A DNA stretch of 64,000 nucleotides from Prorocentrum cordatum (taxonomy: Eukaryota), in NCBI GenBank assembly GCA_963575745.1, contig CAUYUJ010000237.1, forward strand, positions 558,001-622,000. Reading direction: 5' to 3'. Every line of letters begins with the position of its first letter. Positions within the stretch are counted from its first letter, which is position 1. The notes below the pieces were generated by a model. That model had not been told where the DNA came from. It ran no database searches and saw only the letters and a program-made list of their open reading frames with translations. The position numbers were made by a program, and so were the translations under genes. Of the stretch, positions 11,082 through 26,591 are shown piece by piece.

Positions 11082-13960
11082 TGGGACTTCTCCCGGTACT
11101 GGTTCACCTCGGCCGCGACCGAGCGCGCCAACGCCTGGAGGTTCTCTCCCTCAGCTCCCCCTGCGTGCCCGGCCGCCGTGAACGGCGCGCTCACCGCTCT
11201 CACTGGCGACCACGCCCAGCTCTCCCCCCACGCCCGCGCCCGAGCGGCCGAGGCCGTGGCCATGGGGATCCCCTCTGGAGAGGCGGGTCCGTGTCGGCTG
11301 GTGTGCCGTGCAACGCGTCTTCCCTCATTGTCCGTTTCGGCTCCGAGGCGGGAATTTCTGCATGACCACCGCCCGGAGGGTCCGTTTTCGGAGCCTCGGC
11401 AGGCGGTGGATGTGGACAGATTCGGACCCCCGGGGGCCGAGCTATATCCACATCCACCGCCCGCTGGGTCACCAGGACGTCGGTTCCCAGGCGGTGGACA
11501 TGGATAAATTCCCGCCTCGCAAGCTCTGTCTCTGGGGCACAGAGCGGCAGCTCCATTCTGTGGGAAACGTAGCCTTGTACACGAGCCTGCGTCTTTTCAC
11601 TCAGGAAGATGGGGCGGTGGCCACAGTCCATCCAGTGTGCGGGGCTGGGTGTCCCGTGCGCCTGCCCCCTGAGAGGCCCGCCCTTCGGGCCTGCAGTGCG
11701 GGCCTGTCTGACTGCCTGTCCTCCGGAGGAGCTCATCCAGACCCTCGCACACGACCCGCACCGCCTGGCCCCCATCGCCGGCGCTCGGTGGCCCGTGCAG
11801 CTGCGCGTCCGCACCAGAGCCGAGCCCCCCCCCCCCTACGTCGTGCCTCGTGGCGCCGCCCCCGCGCGGGTGGCACGAGGCAGCAGGACGCCTCCCCGAG
11901 GTCGCGCGGCTGGAGCAGACGTGCCCGCCGTGGACCTGGGAGGGCATGCTCTTCCTCCGCGGCCTCGGCGCGTGCCTGGGCGGCCGCCGGCAGGGGCGGT
12001 CCGCCTCGCAGGCCCGGGAAAAGCTCGCCCTCGGGTCGTGGGCATGCTGCTGGGCAGCGCTCCTCCTCGGCGCCCGACCCAGCCAGAGGGTCACGTTGGG
12101 CCACGCTGTTCTCCTGGTCGCCTCCTCGTCGCGCTCTCCATGGTCCGCCCCTCGGGCGGTGAGGGGCTCTGTGGCCGCCCCCCCCCCCCCCCCCACGGGC
12201 GGCCACAGGCCGCACTCTCCGTGGTCCCCCCCTCGGCGACGCGGGGCCGGCCCCTCGGCGGCATGCCTTTGGCGCGGCCCAGGCTTGCCAGGGACCCTTG
12301 CCTCGGCTCGTGCCGGCTCTGTCCGCCGCCTCCCTGGCACGCCAGCGCGCTGTGGGCGCCGTCGGCCTGGCTTCCGCCCCCTGGGAGGGCAGTGCTCTCT
12401 TGGTCGATTTTGCCGGCGGCAGCCAGATATCTCGCGCACCCTGGGCACTGGCAGGCTCCTGGGCGGCGCTTCTCTTGCGCCTGATCCAGCCGCAGAGCCT
12501 GGACATAGCTTCGCGGTTGGTCTGCTTCGCCTCGCCGCGCATCGCACCCCGTGGTTCCCACCGGCTGCGGCACGAGCGATTTCGCAGGGCTGGTCCCCAA
12601 GCGGCTGTCCTCCTGCGGCCCAAGCCTGCGGGGGCGGATCTCCCTCGGCTGGCGCTGGAGTGTCCGTGCGCCGCCTCGGTTCTCGTTTCAGTGCGATGCG
12701 TGCGTCGGCGGCCTGCCTTTCGATCAGGCTGCCGCCCGAGCCACCTCCGACGGCGCGCCTGCGCCTCTCAGCGCACAGCCGCTGCACCGCGCAGGCAGCC
12801 CGGCTCTCGCTCGGCGACGGTGGGCCGGCCGACGGACGGGTCGGCAGGCTCGGCAGTCCCAGCGCAGGGCAGCCTGGCGCGCTCGCGGCTACTGCTGCTC
12901 GCGGGGCACTCCGTGCCCCCGTCTCACGGTGTTGGGCCGGCGGTTTCCTTTGCCATGCCAGGCTTGGCTGCCACCTGCTCGCAGCGTCAGCACTGCTGCC
13001 CCACTCTTCGGCCAGCTGTCACGCGCGCGTCGGCGCGCCGTGGGGGCGTTTGCTGCACTTCCTGGCCACACTGCTTCCTCTCGCACGGCCGGGGTCACGC
13101 ACCTGTCGCGGCCTCAGGCCGCGCGGTGCGCCCGCTTGGGTGCTCCCCTGGCTGCACTTTTTCGGTCTATGTCTTCCGGCCTTCCTCTGCGGGACCCGGT
13201 CGCGCCTACCTGGCCCCCTGCACGCCGCCCCTTCGGGCTCTGGCCGCCCGCACGCGCGCGTTCCCGTCAGCGGGTGTGTCTCCTTTCGCCCAGGGGCTTC
13301 GAGCAGTCCGTTGCACACGGCGGGCCGGGCTGGGCCACGATGCTCGGTGAAGGTATCGGTTGGACATCGCAGCTGAGCTTGCGCGGCAGTGGTGCCGTTC
13401 TGCTGGCGGAGGCAAAAGCGTGCACGGCCGCGCGCGTATATGCGTGTTGGTACCTCTGTGTGCTTGTGTGTGTGTGTGTGTGTGTGTGTCTGTGTGCATG
13501 TTGCCCGTGTGGCTCGCGGCCGCTCGGTGGGCATGCGCCTCGGTCGCTCGACTGCGCGGCGCCGTTCAGCCGTGCCCCCCCCCCGCTCCTCTTCTTCCTC
13601 CCTCCTCGATCGGGCTGGCGGTCGGTGTTGGCTTGCGCTCGCCCCTGCGTTTCCTGTGCTGATCGGTTTCGGCCCTGGGGGCGCGTGCACGCGAAGCCTC
13701 AAGGCATTCCGACTCGCTGCGGCGCTCCACCAGGAAGCTGGTACTCGTGGCAGGCGCGTCCTGTCACCATGCGCCCGTCGCCCGGAGCCAGCCGGGCGTG
13801 GGAGGAACGGAACAAGCGCGTGTGAATGTGATTGCGCGGTGCTCGCGTCCGTTTGTCGACTGGCGGGCGCTCTTTGGTCGTCATCGGCGCGGTGCTTTTG
13901 TACTGCGTCTCTCGGTTCTGCCAGGGCCCGTGTGAGTTGTCAAATCAATGACGACGATCA

Positions 13961-13975
13961 CCATTTTGGCTCAAG
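13961..13975 (+). other. Relic dinoflagellate spliced-leader (DinoSL) 3' core
   Basis: CCATTTTGGCTCAAG equals the last 15 nt of the 22-nt DinoSL and lies 80 nt upstream of ATG 14055. Confidence 0.85.
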
Positions 13976-14054
13976 ATTTTAGCGGGTGCTCTCCAGAGGC
14001 CCTCCACATTCATTCTTTTGATCTCTCTCTTACATCGCTCACGGCCTGTGCGAG

Positions 14055-14395
14055 ATGTGGGCACCCATCCTCACCTGCGCTGGCTTCGCCATGGCGGCGG
14101 CGAACACAATCGTGGCCCCCGTGGCCTCCCAGCAAGTTGCAATGCTAGGGCGCAGCGCTGGGCTTGGAGACGAAGGCGAGGACTCGCTCGGGGATGGCTT
14201 CGGAGACGAGGTGTACACGGACGACGAGAAGGAATTTCTGAATGGGGGCTTTGGGAACCTCGACGTCGACCTCGAGGGCATCTCCGAGGACAAAAAGCCC
14301 AAGAAGAGGCTCGCGAAGTTGAAGAGGAACTTCACCCTGGCGACCGGAAAGCTGGACGAGATCATCCCAGAGCTGCAGACCGACTTCAAGTATCA
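14055..14395 (+). CDS. Exon 1 of a putative secreted/GPI-anchored protein (3' boundary uncertain)
   Basis: MWAPILTCAGFAMAAA signal-like start, acidic linker, then KKRLAKLKRNFTLATGKLDEIIPELQTDFK. GC3-rich codons. Follows the relic SL. Confidence 0.7.
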
Positions 14396-14536
14396 AAGCT
14401 GCCTTCGGGAAGTTCCGCCACCGTGCCAGCGCAGCACTCTGCGGCGGCGCTTCGAGCTCCGCCCGGCAGGCCCCAGCAGGCGGCACCTCACGCCTCTGTC
14501 TCACGAGGAGCTCTCGCGAGGCCTGCCCGAGTGGTA

Positions 14537-14712
14537 CAGTGGAGGCCCATGCCAAGAAGCACTTGGCTTGCCTTCGGGGTGCCCTGGATTTCTTTGGTTT
14601 CAGCGGTTTTGCTATGGAGCGCGTGACGTTCCCACGCCGCATTTCAATGGGCGTCCTGGGGTTCCGGGGTTGGGTTTCTTGTGGAAGGTTTCGTGTGGTC
14701 GGGCCTCCACCG
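14537..14712. mobile_element. Tc1/mariner-type MITE family A (TA TSD)
   Basis: TA-CAGTGGAGGCCC..GGGCCTCCACCG-TA. Related to 17198-17403 and 54419-54520. Confidence 0.8.
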
Positions 14713-15286
14713 TATTGGAGTTGTCTTGGGCTCCTGTGGGGTCGTGCTGGGCCCCTCTTGGGACCCTCTTGGGCCGCCCTGGCCCTCATTGGCAATATTG
14801 GTGACATGCTGGGCCGTCTCTGGCCTTCCCTCGGGCGTCTGAGGAGCCTCTCTGGGGGCCGTTCTGGGGGCTACCCATCTGTCGTTGAGAGTAGGTATTT
14901 TTGGGTTCCCAGATTTCAGCCTACTTTAAGCGCAGTCCTACCTCATTGATCGAGTGGCTTCCCCTCTTCCCTCCTCCCTAGGAAGCGGGCGGGCACCCAT
15001 TCTACTTTCAACGCCTTCCTACTTCATGCTTCTACCTACTTCTTCCGACCGAAGGGTATCCAGGGTGGGAGGTGCTTCTCGGCGCCATCACATGCCTCTC
15101 TTTGTTTCTCTTTGGCTCCTTCGAGGCCCTGTTGGAGCCAGGCTGGGCCGAGGGGGCCGGGAAGCGCGAGACACCAAACCCACGGAGCGCCTCGTGCTGT
15201 TGAATGATGTTGGGCCTTCCTGGGGGGCCTCGTGGCCTTCTATTGGGCTGGCCCTGAAGCGTGTTGGCGCGCCTTGGGCGCACCTT

Positions 15287-15440
15287 CAGGGGGCTACATG
15301 CGAACCCTACCCCTACCCCCCACGAGTTCTGAGGGGGAGGGTGGGGTTCACATCGTTCGGGAGCTCCCGAGCGAAGTGAACCCCACCCTCCCCCTCAAAA
15401 ATCGTGGGGGGTAGGGGTAGGGTTCGCATGTAGCCCCCTA
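15287..15440. mobile_element. Foldback MITE, copy 2
   Basis: AGGGGGCTACATGCGAACCC..GGGTTCGCATGTAGCCCCCT, flanked by ACCTT direct repeats. Confidence 0.85.
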
Positions 15441-15530
15441 ACCTTGGGGTCCTCGGGGGCGCTGCTGCGTGCGTCCTAAGGGGACGCTGTGCTCTCTCTC
15501 GGCGGCCTCCGGGGCCACCCTGGGCCGACC

Positions 15531-15671
15531 TCGACTCGGCATCGCTCGGACGTGTGCATTTTTTTCTTCGGCGAGGACCATCGAGGAGCATCCTCGATCA
15601 TTTGGCGAAAAAACCACGCACGAAACCGACAAAAAGCACAGGGAATGGACGTCCGAGCGATGGCGAGTCGA
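15531..15671. mobile_element. MITE with 23-bp TIR (GGCATCGCTCGGACGT family)
   Basis: TCGACTCGGCATCGCTCGGACGT / ACGTCCGAGCGATGGCGAGTCGA, one mismatch. Confidence 0.85.
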
Positions 15672-15793
15672 AGCCTCTGGAGAGCCCTAGAGATCCGTGG
15701 GGACGCGTCGAGCTGCCCAGGGGTCCTCGGCAGGGGTGGGGCGGCAGACGCAGGGAAGTGCTTGCAGGAGAGGGGGGGGGCTCAGCAGACTTA

Positions 15794-15970
15794 CAGTCGG
15801 GGCGCTGAAGAAGGAACCGTTTTCGTTGGGGAGGGGCTCGGTGTTCCTTGATTGTTTCACAGTTTGCCTCAGGCTTTCTTTATAGGTTTTTGATGGGAAG
15901 TTGAAGTTTAACTTTGGAGAAAAGGGGCCTCGTTCCTTACTTTGGGTTCCTTAGGGCAACGCCCCGACGG
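15794..15970. mobile_element. Tc1/mariner-type MITE family B (TA TSD)
   Basis: TA-CAGTCGGGGCG..CGCCCCGACGG-TA. Homolog at 60114-60377. Confidence 0.8.
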
Positions 15971-16362
15971 TACGGCAGGTTCGCGCGGCGTTGGCGCGCC
16001 GGCGACGCTGGCGAAGGCGTTCGAGGTGGAATTCTGCGATGCGGGAGCACCGAGGGACAGCGTTTAACGCCATTGGGACCCCACGGAATTCAGCCTTGAA
16101 CGATCGGGGCCGCGATCGACGGTTCAAGGTTGAACGATCGACGCAGTGTCAAAAACCTTTGCGCGCGCCGACGCCGCGCGAACCTACCGTGGACGCAGGG
16201 AAGTGCTTGCAGGACGGGGGGGGCACCGGAGACTTGCGCACGCTCCCTGCCAGACAGCCCCGGACGTCCTAGGCGATTTCGTGGGCTGCTTGCGTCTCGA
16301 CTTCGTTTTGCAGCAAAGGCGGATTGAAGACAAAACGAGGGAAAGCGAGCACAAAGCGAAAA

Positions 16363-16555
16363 TCGGGCCGGACGAAAGGGGGGATTGGGAAAGGGGGGGT
16401 ACGAAATTTGCTGCATGCAGCTGGTTTCGGCCCCGCCGCCGGGCCCATTCCTCGATACATGGGCGCCTCTGGCGCCGGGAGGCGCCGGGAAAATCAGCTA
16501 CGTGAGCTGATTCTCAAACCCCCCCTTTGATATCCTCCCCTTTCGCCCGGCCCGA
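16363..16555. mobile_element. TCGGG..CCCGA MITE flanked by 10-bp direct repeat AAAGCGAAAA
   Basis: TIR TCGGGCCGGACGAAAGGGG/CCCCTTTCGCCCGGCCCGA. Homologs at 49562-49753 and (partial) 40508-40680. Confidence 0.85.
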
Positions 16556-16604
16556 AAAGCGAAAACGAGACACACACACACACTGTTTAGGCCGATGCCT
16601 GTTG

Positions 16605-16765
16605 CAGGAGGGGAAAAACACACAGACACAATTAATCGTCGATCCCCAGGAAAATATAGGAAAACATGGGAAGTGGGGGGTAAGACAGAAACCCCCAAAA
16701 GATGTGAAAATATGGGGACTCATGTTATCTGTGTCTATTTATTTGTGCGTCCCAGGACCCCTTCA
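16605..16765 (+). mobile_element. ~165-bp dispersed element associated with direct repeat CTGTTGCAGGAG
   Basis: Direct repeats at 16599-16610 and 16766-16777. Homologous to 33256-33427. Confidence 0.7.
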
Positions 16766-16863
16766 CTGTTGCAGGAGAGGGGGGGTGGGGGGCCCTCCAG
16801 AGACCCGGCGCGCGCCCTCTGCCAGAGACAGTCCCCCCGGGGCGTCCCGCCGCGCGCCTCGAG

Positions 16864-16936
16864 CCGTGCCAATTCGTTCGGGGGCACGGCGGCGGACAAG
16901 ACGCAGCAGCTCAAGGTCGCGCTCGCCTGGTTCAAG
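16864..16936 (+). CDS. Probable internal exon (..GGTAADKTQQLKVALAWFK); 5' boundary uncertain
   Basis: GC3-rich codons and a TTCAAG|GT donor in phase 0 matching the next exon. Confidence 0.55.
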
Positions 16937-16946
16937 GTCGGAAGCT

Positions 16947-17180
16947 CTCCTCCTCCCCCTCCTCCTCCTCCTCCTCTCCTCCTCCTCCTCCTCCTCCTCC
17001 TCCCCCCCTCCTCCTCCTCCTCCTCCTCTCCTCCTCCTCCTCCTCCTCCTCCTCCTCCTCCTCCTCCTCCTCCTCCCTCCTCCTCCTCCTCCTCCTCCTT
17101 CCCCTCCTCCCCCTCCTCCTCCCCCTCCTCCTCCTCCTCCTCCTCCTCCTCCTCCTTCTCCTCCTCCTCCTCCGCCTCCG
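16947..17180 (+). repeat. (CCT)n microsatellite (intronic)
   Basis: Directly visible. Confidence 0.95.
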
Positions 17181-17197
17181 CCTCTCCCTGGAACATA

Positions 17198-17403
17198 CAG
17201 TGGGGGCGCGCATCAAGAAACCATATGCTTGTCGTCGGGGTATCCTGGGTCTCTTCGCTCTGCGCGCGGCGCGGCGACCTCCCGCGGCCGTGGAAGGAGC
17301 TGCTGCGTTCAGAGTGCTCCAGGTTTCCCCTCCGGTGCACTTCGCGCGCGGGTGTTCAGGGTTGGGTTTCTTGCGAGGGTTTCTTGCGGCCGCGCCCGCA
17401 CTG
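17198..17403. mobile_element. Tc1/mariner-type MITE family A (TA TSD)
   Basis: TA-CAGTGGGGGCGCG..CGCGCCCGCACTG-TA. Confidence 0.8.
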
Positions 17404-17627
17404 TATACATTACCAGTGGCGGTCTGTTTTTTCAGTCCCACGACTTTTTGAGGGTCGGGGACGACGTCGGGGTGGTGTAGTGGATACTTTTTTTGCAGTT
17501 TTCCAAGGGAAGCAACGAAACATGTATACACCAGGATCCCGTATACACCAGGATCCGCGTTCCTGTGCGAATTTCAGCGCAGGGTCGGACAAAAAGCGTC
17601 GGTGTATAGAGTTCGTTTTCCTACAAG

Positions 17628-17858
17628 GAGAAGCAGAGGGACCTGGAGAGGGCGAAGAAGGAGGCGACGAAGGCCATGAAGGAGCTCCGCCAGGAGGCTG
17701 AGAGGCGCCGGCTCTCCGCCTCGGAGCGCCGCCGCGCCAAGGAGAGGGAGCGCAAGGCGATCGAGGAGGCAACGCGCACCGCAAAGGCGGCGATGATCAA
17801 GAAGGCGCAGGCCCTGATGAGCGCCAAGGGCCAGGACAGCTCTGGCCTGCTCGGCGAG
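17628..17858 (+). CDS. Internal exon, charged coiled-coil segment (EKQRDLERAKKEATKAMKELRQE..LLGE)
   Basis: Acceptor TTTTCCTACAAG|GAG, donor GAG|GC, 231 nt phase 0-0, strong codon bias. Confidence 0.8.
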
Positions 17859-17879
17859 GCTCGACGAAGAACCAGAACG

Positions 17880-18067
17880 TAGGGGGCGTCCAATCGGGGG
17901 GTGATGATTCGGGGGAGGGAGGGTGGGTGAGTGTCATGGCCAGGGCTATGATGCCTCCCCGGGTTGCATGGCCCGAATTCTTATTTCGATGCGATCCCTG
18001 GCCCCCCCCCCCTGGTCCGCGCTGCCTCGGGCCATGACTTGTGAACTCCCCTCCTGGACGCCCCCGA
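17880..18067. mobile_element. Intronic MITE related to 10889-11081
   Basis: TIR GGGGGCGTCCA/TGGACGCCCCC and shared internal motifs. TSD not preserved. Confidence 0.65.
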
Positions 18068-18267
18068 GCAAGGCACGACCGGAGACTTTCGGAGGCCCGC
18101 GCGGAATTTTCCGATCTTCGCCAGGCCCCCCAGCTGGCGCCTCCGGCGCCGCCGCTGGCGCGCTCCGCGCGCCAGGGAGCCAGGGAAAGAGAGTCCAGCC
18201 CTATACCCAAGACATCCGCAAGGACCTCCGAACATCTACGTTTGTGCAGCAGTTTCTTCTTCCAGAG

Positions 18268-19017
18268 GCGTCCCTCAGCATCATGGTCGACGTGCTCATG
18301 GCCCTGCCCGCCGCCGTGGAGAACCCAGTCTTCATCAAGCGCCTCCAGAGGGCGAAGGATCAGGTCACGGACTCCGTTTCGGCGTTCCTCAACATCACCC
18401 GGCGGAAGACGGCGAAGTTCGTGCTTGCGAGCAGCAAAGCGTCCGACGTGGAGCTCTCCTTCCTCATGGCGCGCTACTTCCACGAGGCGTCCTTCCGGGT
18501 CAAGGCGATGCAGTCGGATGCCGAGAAGGTCGCCAGGGACCTCAACGTCGTGATGCCCCGGAAGCTCCGCACTTCCTTCAACCCCATCCTCAAGCAGCTG
18601 CGGTCGAACGCGGTTCCGTTGCGGGTGAACGCAAGTCAGATGGCGGAGGAAACGCTGTCCCAAGCGTGCACCCAGATGGGTCAGCTGATGGCGAACATCA
18701 CCCAGTACGACAACCAGCTGAACACGCTGCACACTGGCCTGCACAACGTCTGGCAGATGTCCGAGCTGATGCTGCCGCACATGAGCCGGATATACCCCAT
18801 GAAGACCATCATCATCGACACCGTCAAGGACTTCATGATGCTGGCGACCACGCAGATTGCCAGCCTCCAGGAGGCGGCGGACGAGATCGTGACCAACGTC
18901 GGGCCCGTCGTCACCGAGCGGATGCAGTGCACGTGGGGCGCCGCGGGCCCCCGCGGCGCGGGCCTCTTCGTCCTGCTGGCGCCGCTGGCAGCGCTGGTCG
19001 GCTCGCTCGCCCACTAG
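18268..19017 (+). CDS. Terminal exon: helical domain plus GPI-signal-like hydrophobic C-terminus
   Basis: Acceptor TTCTTCTTCCAGAG|GCG in phase 0. 249 codons with very high GC3, ending CTWGAAGPRGAGLFVLLAPLAALVGSLAH*. Confidence 0.85.
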   Translation, partial: ASLSIMVDVLMALPAAVENPVFIKRLQRAKDQVTDSVSAFLNITRRKTAKFVLASSKASDVELSFLMARYFHEASFRVKAMQSDAEKVARDLNVVMPRKLRTSFNPILKQLRSNAVPLRVNASQMAEETLSQACTQMGQLMANITQYDNQLNTLHTGLHNVWQMSELMLPHMSRIYPMKTIIIDTVKDFMMLATTQIASLQEAADEIVTNVGPVVTERMQCTWGAAGPRGAGLFVLLAPLAALVGSLAH

Positions 19018-20459
19018 GCGCCCCGCGCGGGGCGGGCGGGGAGCCGAGGTCTGCGGGCGCAGCGCTCCCCACGCCCGCGCCCCAGGCGGCCCTCAGGAGA
19101 GGAGGTGCGCGGCCTCCGATTTCGTGTGTGTGTGTATATGGCTTTTGCCACTTCCAGTGGTGCTCCCTGCCCAGACTCATGCGCGATTCGCCCTTCTCGT
19201 CCTTCCTGTCTGTTGCGGGGCTTTGGGGGCGGGCCTCTTGGAGGCATCGAGGTGGCCCTCCTGGAGCCTCGACAGGGCTCCCCGGGGTTTGGGGGGTCCT
19301 TCCTCTGATGGGCCTCCTCTGGGAGAGGGCTCCCTGGGGTCTCTGCAGACTCTCCCTCTCGGGCCTCTCTTTGGGCACCCCTCAAGGGCTTTCTCGAAGG
19401 TTTGTCGCGTTCCGTGCTGGGAGCCCATTGGGCCGTCCCAGGGCCCTCTTGGGCCCCTCGGGCCAGTCTTGGGCACTTCCCAGGCCGTCTCGCCCGAAAA
19501 GCCGAGAACAGCCAGGCCACTCGCAGACCTGCAGAAGATCCACGACTTCTGCCTCTCGAGGCCCTCTGAGGATCCTCTTTCAAGCTCCCTTTCGGCTGGG
19601 GGTGCCCTGGGCCGTCTCGAGGCTATCTTGGTGTTCCTGGGGCCTCTCCGGCGTGCTGGAGCCCCTCCGGAGCCATCTCCGGAGTCATTTGGGGAACCTT
19701 GGCGGCCACGGATCCGAGGGCCCCAGAGGCGCGTGGACGAGCTTGTCGGGGGACTCCCTTCCCGCGCCCCCCCCATCAAACAGGATTTTGGACCCCAGGA
19801 GAGGGAGATAAGGGGGGATAGGGGGACAGCTAATCTTCTCACGCGCCTTTCCATCCCTGGCAAGCGGGGGTCGGTGGATAGTCAGCCCTCATGCTGTCGA
19901 ATATCTGTTCCTCTCCCGTCGGGCCGCTTCTTTTGTGTTTCGCAGCGCGGGCCAGACTGCGCAAAGCAGCATTGGCAGGACTGGGGGACGATCATCCTCT
20001 TCGCGTTGCTGTTTCTGCAAGCTGGCGCTTTAAACAAGTGAGAGCTCGAACGATCTACCTCGACGACCTTGCATTAATGTCATTTGAATGTTTGGGTGAC
20101 GATAGGAAGAGCAAGAGGACGATCAGGACGGATGATGGACAAAGGAAGAGGTGGAGGAGGAGGGAGAAGGATAAGAGTGAGAAGAGCAAGGGGATGATGA
20201 TGATGAGGAGGAGGAGGAGGAGAAGGAGGAGGAGAAGGCGAAGTGGCATGGAGGATGGCGTGTAGTGAGGAGTATTGAAGAAGAGCTGGGACGATAAGGA
20301 CGGGTGTGAGCAGTACCAGCAGTGGCAGTTGCAGCAGTGCGTAGGAGGGGTGAGACCTGAGGCGGCGAAGAAACAGGAGCTTCAAGATGATGGAGGAGGA
20401 TGAGAAGGAGGAGGAGGAGGAGAAGGAGGAGAAGGGGAATGAGTGAGAGGAGGTGATGG

Positions 20460-24015
<3,556 letters not shown>

Positions 24016-26070
24016 GTCATGCTGGTAATTTTTGTCGTAGTATTCGCAGTTCTCACCATCACCCTCATCTGCGCCACCGAGTCGCCGTTAGTGTTTTCGC
24101 AAGCGACCGCCATCGCCGCCATCATCGGTCAATCGCATTCACCACTGACACATGTACATCATCATCATCATCATCATCATATCATCATCATCATCATCAT
24201 CGCCATTGGCGTCATCAGCATCGGCGCCGTCATTGGCCTTGTACTCGTCACCGTCATCATGGCCTACACCATCGCTGCTATCATCATCGTTGCCGCCGTT
24301 GTCGACGTCGTCGCGATACTGCGCCCGCCCGAGTCACCGACCATCACTGACGTGCCTGCGCGCCGGCGCGGGCTTGGAGGCGCGCTGGGAAGCTCCAGGC
24401 GGTAAACGCCATCGCAGCTGCGTCGGCTGTGCCAAACCAGCTGGCCGCTGTGCGCGCGAGCTTGCGCGAGCTAGCGCAGCCGCAACAGGCGCCAGCCACT
24501 GCCAAGTAGTCACCGCAATCGCGGCTGCATGGGTTCTGCAAAATAAGTTGCGGGTGGGAGGGCGGTATGTTTGCGCGAGCAGTGGAGTTGACGACTTCAG
24601 CTTATGCAAGGTTGTCTTCTTTTTTTCACACAGGATTTCAACATTTGGTCTCCTGATCGTCTTATAATTCGAGCGACTTTGGGTTTTTCAAAATGGTGGT
24701 GCTGCTGCTGCTGCTGCTGCAGCGTTGGCTTCGTTTGAGGATTGGCGCTTTGCCCCCGTCGTTTCAAACGACGTTCTCGCCCCTGCGCGGGCCGTTCTGT
24801 TCTGGACCCGTGTCTTTCCTCACCGTTGTTGGCCTCCTCGTTTCCACTCCTCCGCCTTCCTATGGTCCTCCTTGTCTGCCCATTCCTTCTACTCCAGCCC
24901 GTGCTGCTGCTGCTATTCGTCCTCGTCCTTCCCCTTCCTCATCATCCTTTTCCTCCTGTTCATCCTCCTGCTCATCCGCAACCTCTTCCTTTGTTTCACA
25001 GCTCTCCTACTTCTATTACGCAGATCATGAACACGTTTTTTGTTTTTTTGGTTTCAGGTCCGCTATGATACGCGCTGTTGGATAGAGAAGAAATCGATGC
25101 GCATTGGGAAGGTGTTAGTGATAGGGATAGGATGTCAAATCTGGCGCAAGGGAACTGGTCATCTTCAAAGCACCGATCGTCCTCTTCCCCACGAGCGTCC
25201 CGTGACTTGTTTGTTTTCGCGCCGCCGGCGCCGAACCTCCCGACCCGGGGGCCCCCAAACCGCCCAACAGCATCCAAAAGCCTCGTTCCTCGATCATTGG
25301 TCATCGATTCGGCGGCTCGCCGGGGGGAGGGGGGCGGAAGTTAGAAGGGGGGGCTCTTCGCAGAAGGCTGCGGGGCTTATCAGAAATCTGTCCTACGGTC
25401 TTGTGGGAAACCCTCTCTCATAATCGTGCATACACTAAGAAGAAATAAAGTATCAACTGTACTATGACTTGCAATACGGGGAATCAAAGGAAGAGCAACG
25501 CTACAACCAATACTAAAACTACCCATAATAATACCAAACGGACTTGCAATGATATGAAGAGTAGTAAATGTCATAATGATACACATTATGGTGAGACTAA
25601 CAAGCATACGAATGCGAATGCCAATGCTAATGCTAATCGAACGAATAGGAGGGACACGCGTAGTACCAATGATAACCATAATGATATCACCAATGCCAAG
25701 AAAGTTCGTAGCATGAATACGGCGAAGCGTGTTCATGATAGTAACAAAGAGAGAGTATGAGTTCCACGAATTCCCCAATCAGGATACCATTCATCACAAG
25801 ACGATCAAGAACGATGAGATGAATGCGACGAATACCACCCATCACGTTGACAGCAGGCATCAACAGTAACCTGCATGCGGAGAAGACACATACGAGGACT
25901 TCTGGTAAGCTTGAGAAGCAGACTGTGCGGGCCTCTGCCCCTCTTCCCGCTGTCCCGACCCGACCGCCCTCGCTCCTCGATCCCGCTCGGCGGCGCGCCG
26001 CCCGCGGCCCCCGCCCGGGCGCCCCCGCCCGGGCGCCCCGCCGTCGCCCTCGGCGCGCCCCCGCCGTCCA

Positions 26071-26117
26071 GGCGAGGTGGACGACGCCGAGCTCCTGCGC
26101 ATCTTCAAGGAGCTGTG
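26071..26117 (+). CDS. Possible isolated exon (GEVDDAELLRIFKEL, weakly EF-hand-like)
   Basis: CCAG|G acceptor and GC3-rich codons. No partner exons identified. Confidence 0.3.
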
Positions 26118-26591
26118 TGGGGGGGGGGGCAGAAAGGGAGGGGGCAGGGGACGATGGAGGAGAGGGATGGAGGCGCAGGCGGCGGAGGAGGAGGAGGAGC
26201 AGGAGGAGGAGGAGCAGGGGGAGGATGGGGAGGATGGGGAGGAGAAGGAGGATGTTAGCGGTGACGACACGGGGGGAACACACACACAGGAAACGAGGAG
26301 GAAATAGAGGCAGCAGTCCGACTAGTCCCCAGGTGAGTCAGACCAAGGCCCGACGTCGACTGTAATACCGTCAAGCTTGGGATGTCTACCCTGCGCTATG
26401 CGATTCCAGGAAGGCCGCCTTCCCTGAGCCCCATTCGGGGAAAGAGGGCGACACTCATGGCAGAGACCTTGCACTTGACCGCCGCTGGTGTGGTTAACGC
26501 AGCGGCGGCATACACAACAATGAAGGAGGAGGAAAACGAGGAGAAGGAGGAGCAGGAGGAAGAGGGAAAAGGAACATAAGGAGGTGCATTA

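Noticed and set aside
9680..13400. Many overlapping long GC-rich ORFs
   Set aside because: Stop-poor because of high GC, with no recognisable domain. May be a decayed element, but I cannot support a call.
17923..18267. N-terminal part of the 364-aa ORF
   Set aside because: Overlaps an intronic MITE. Coding bias starts only at the 18268 acceptor.
24689..24696. Minus-strand CCATTTTG SL-like match
   Set aside because: 8 nt only, lacks GCTCAAG, and there is no convincing downstream gene.
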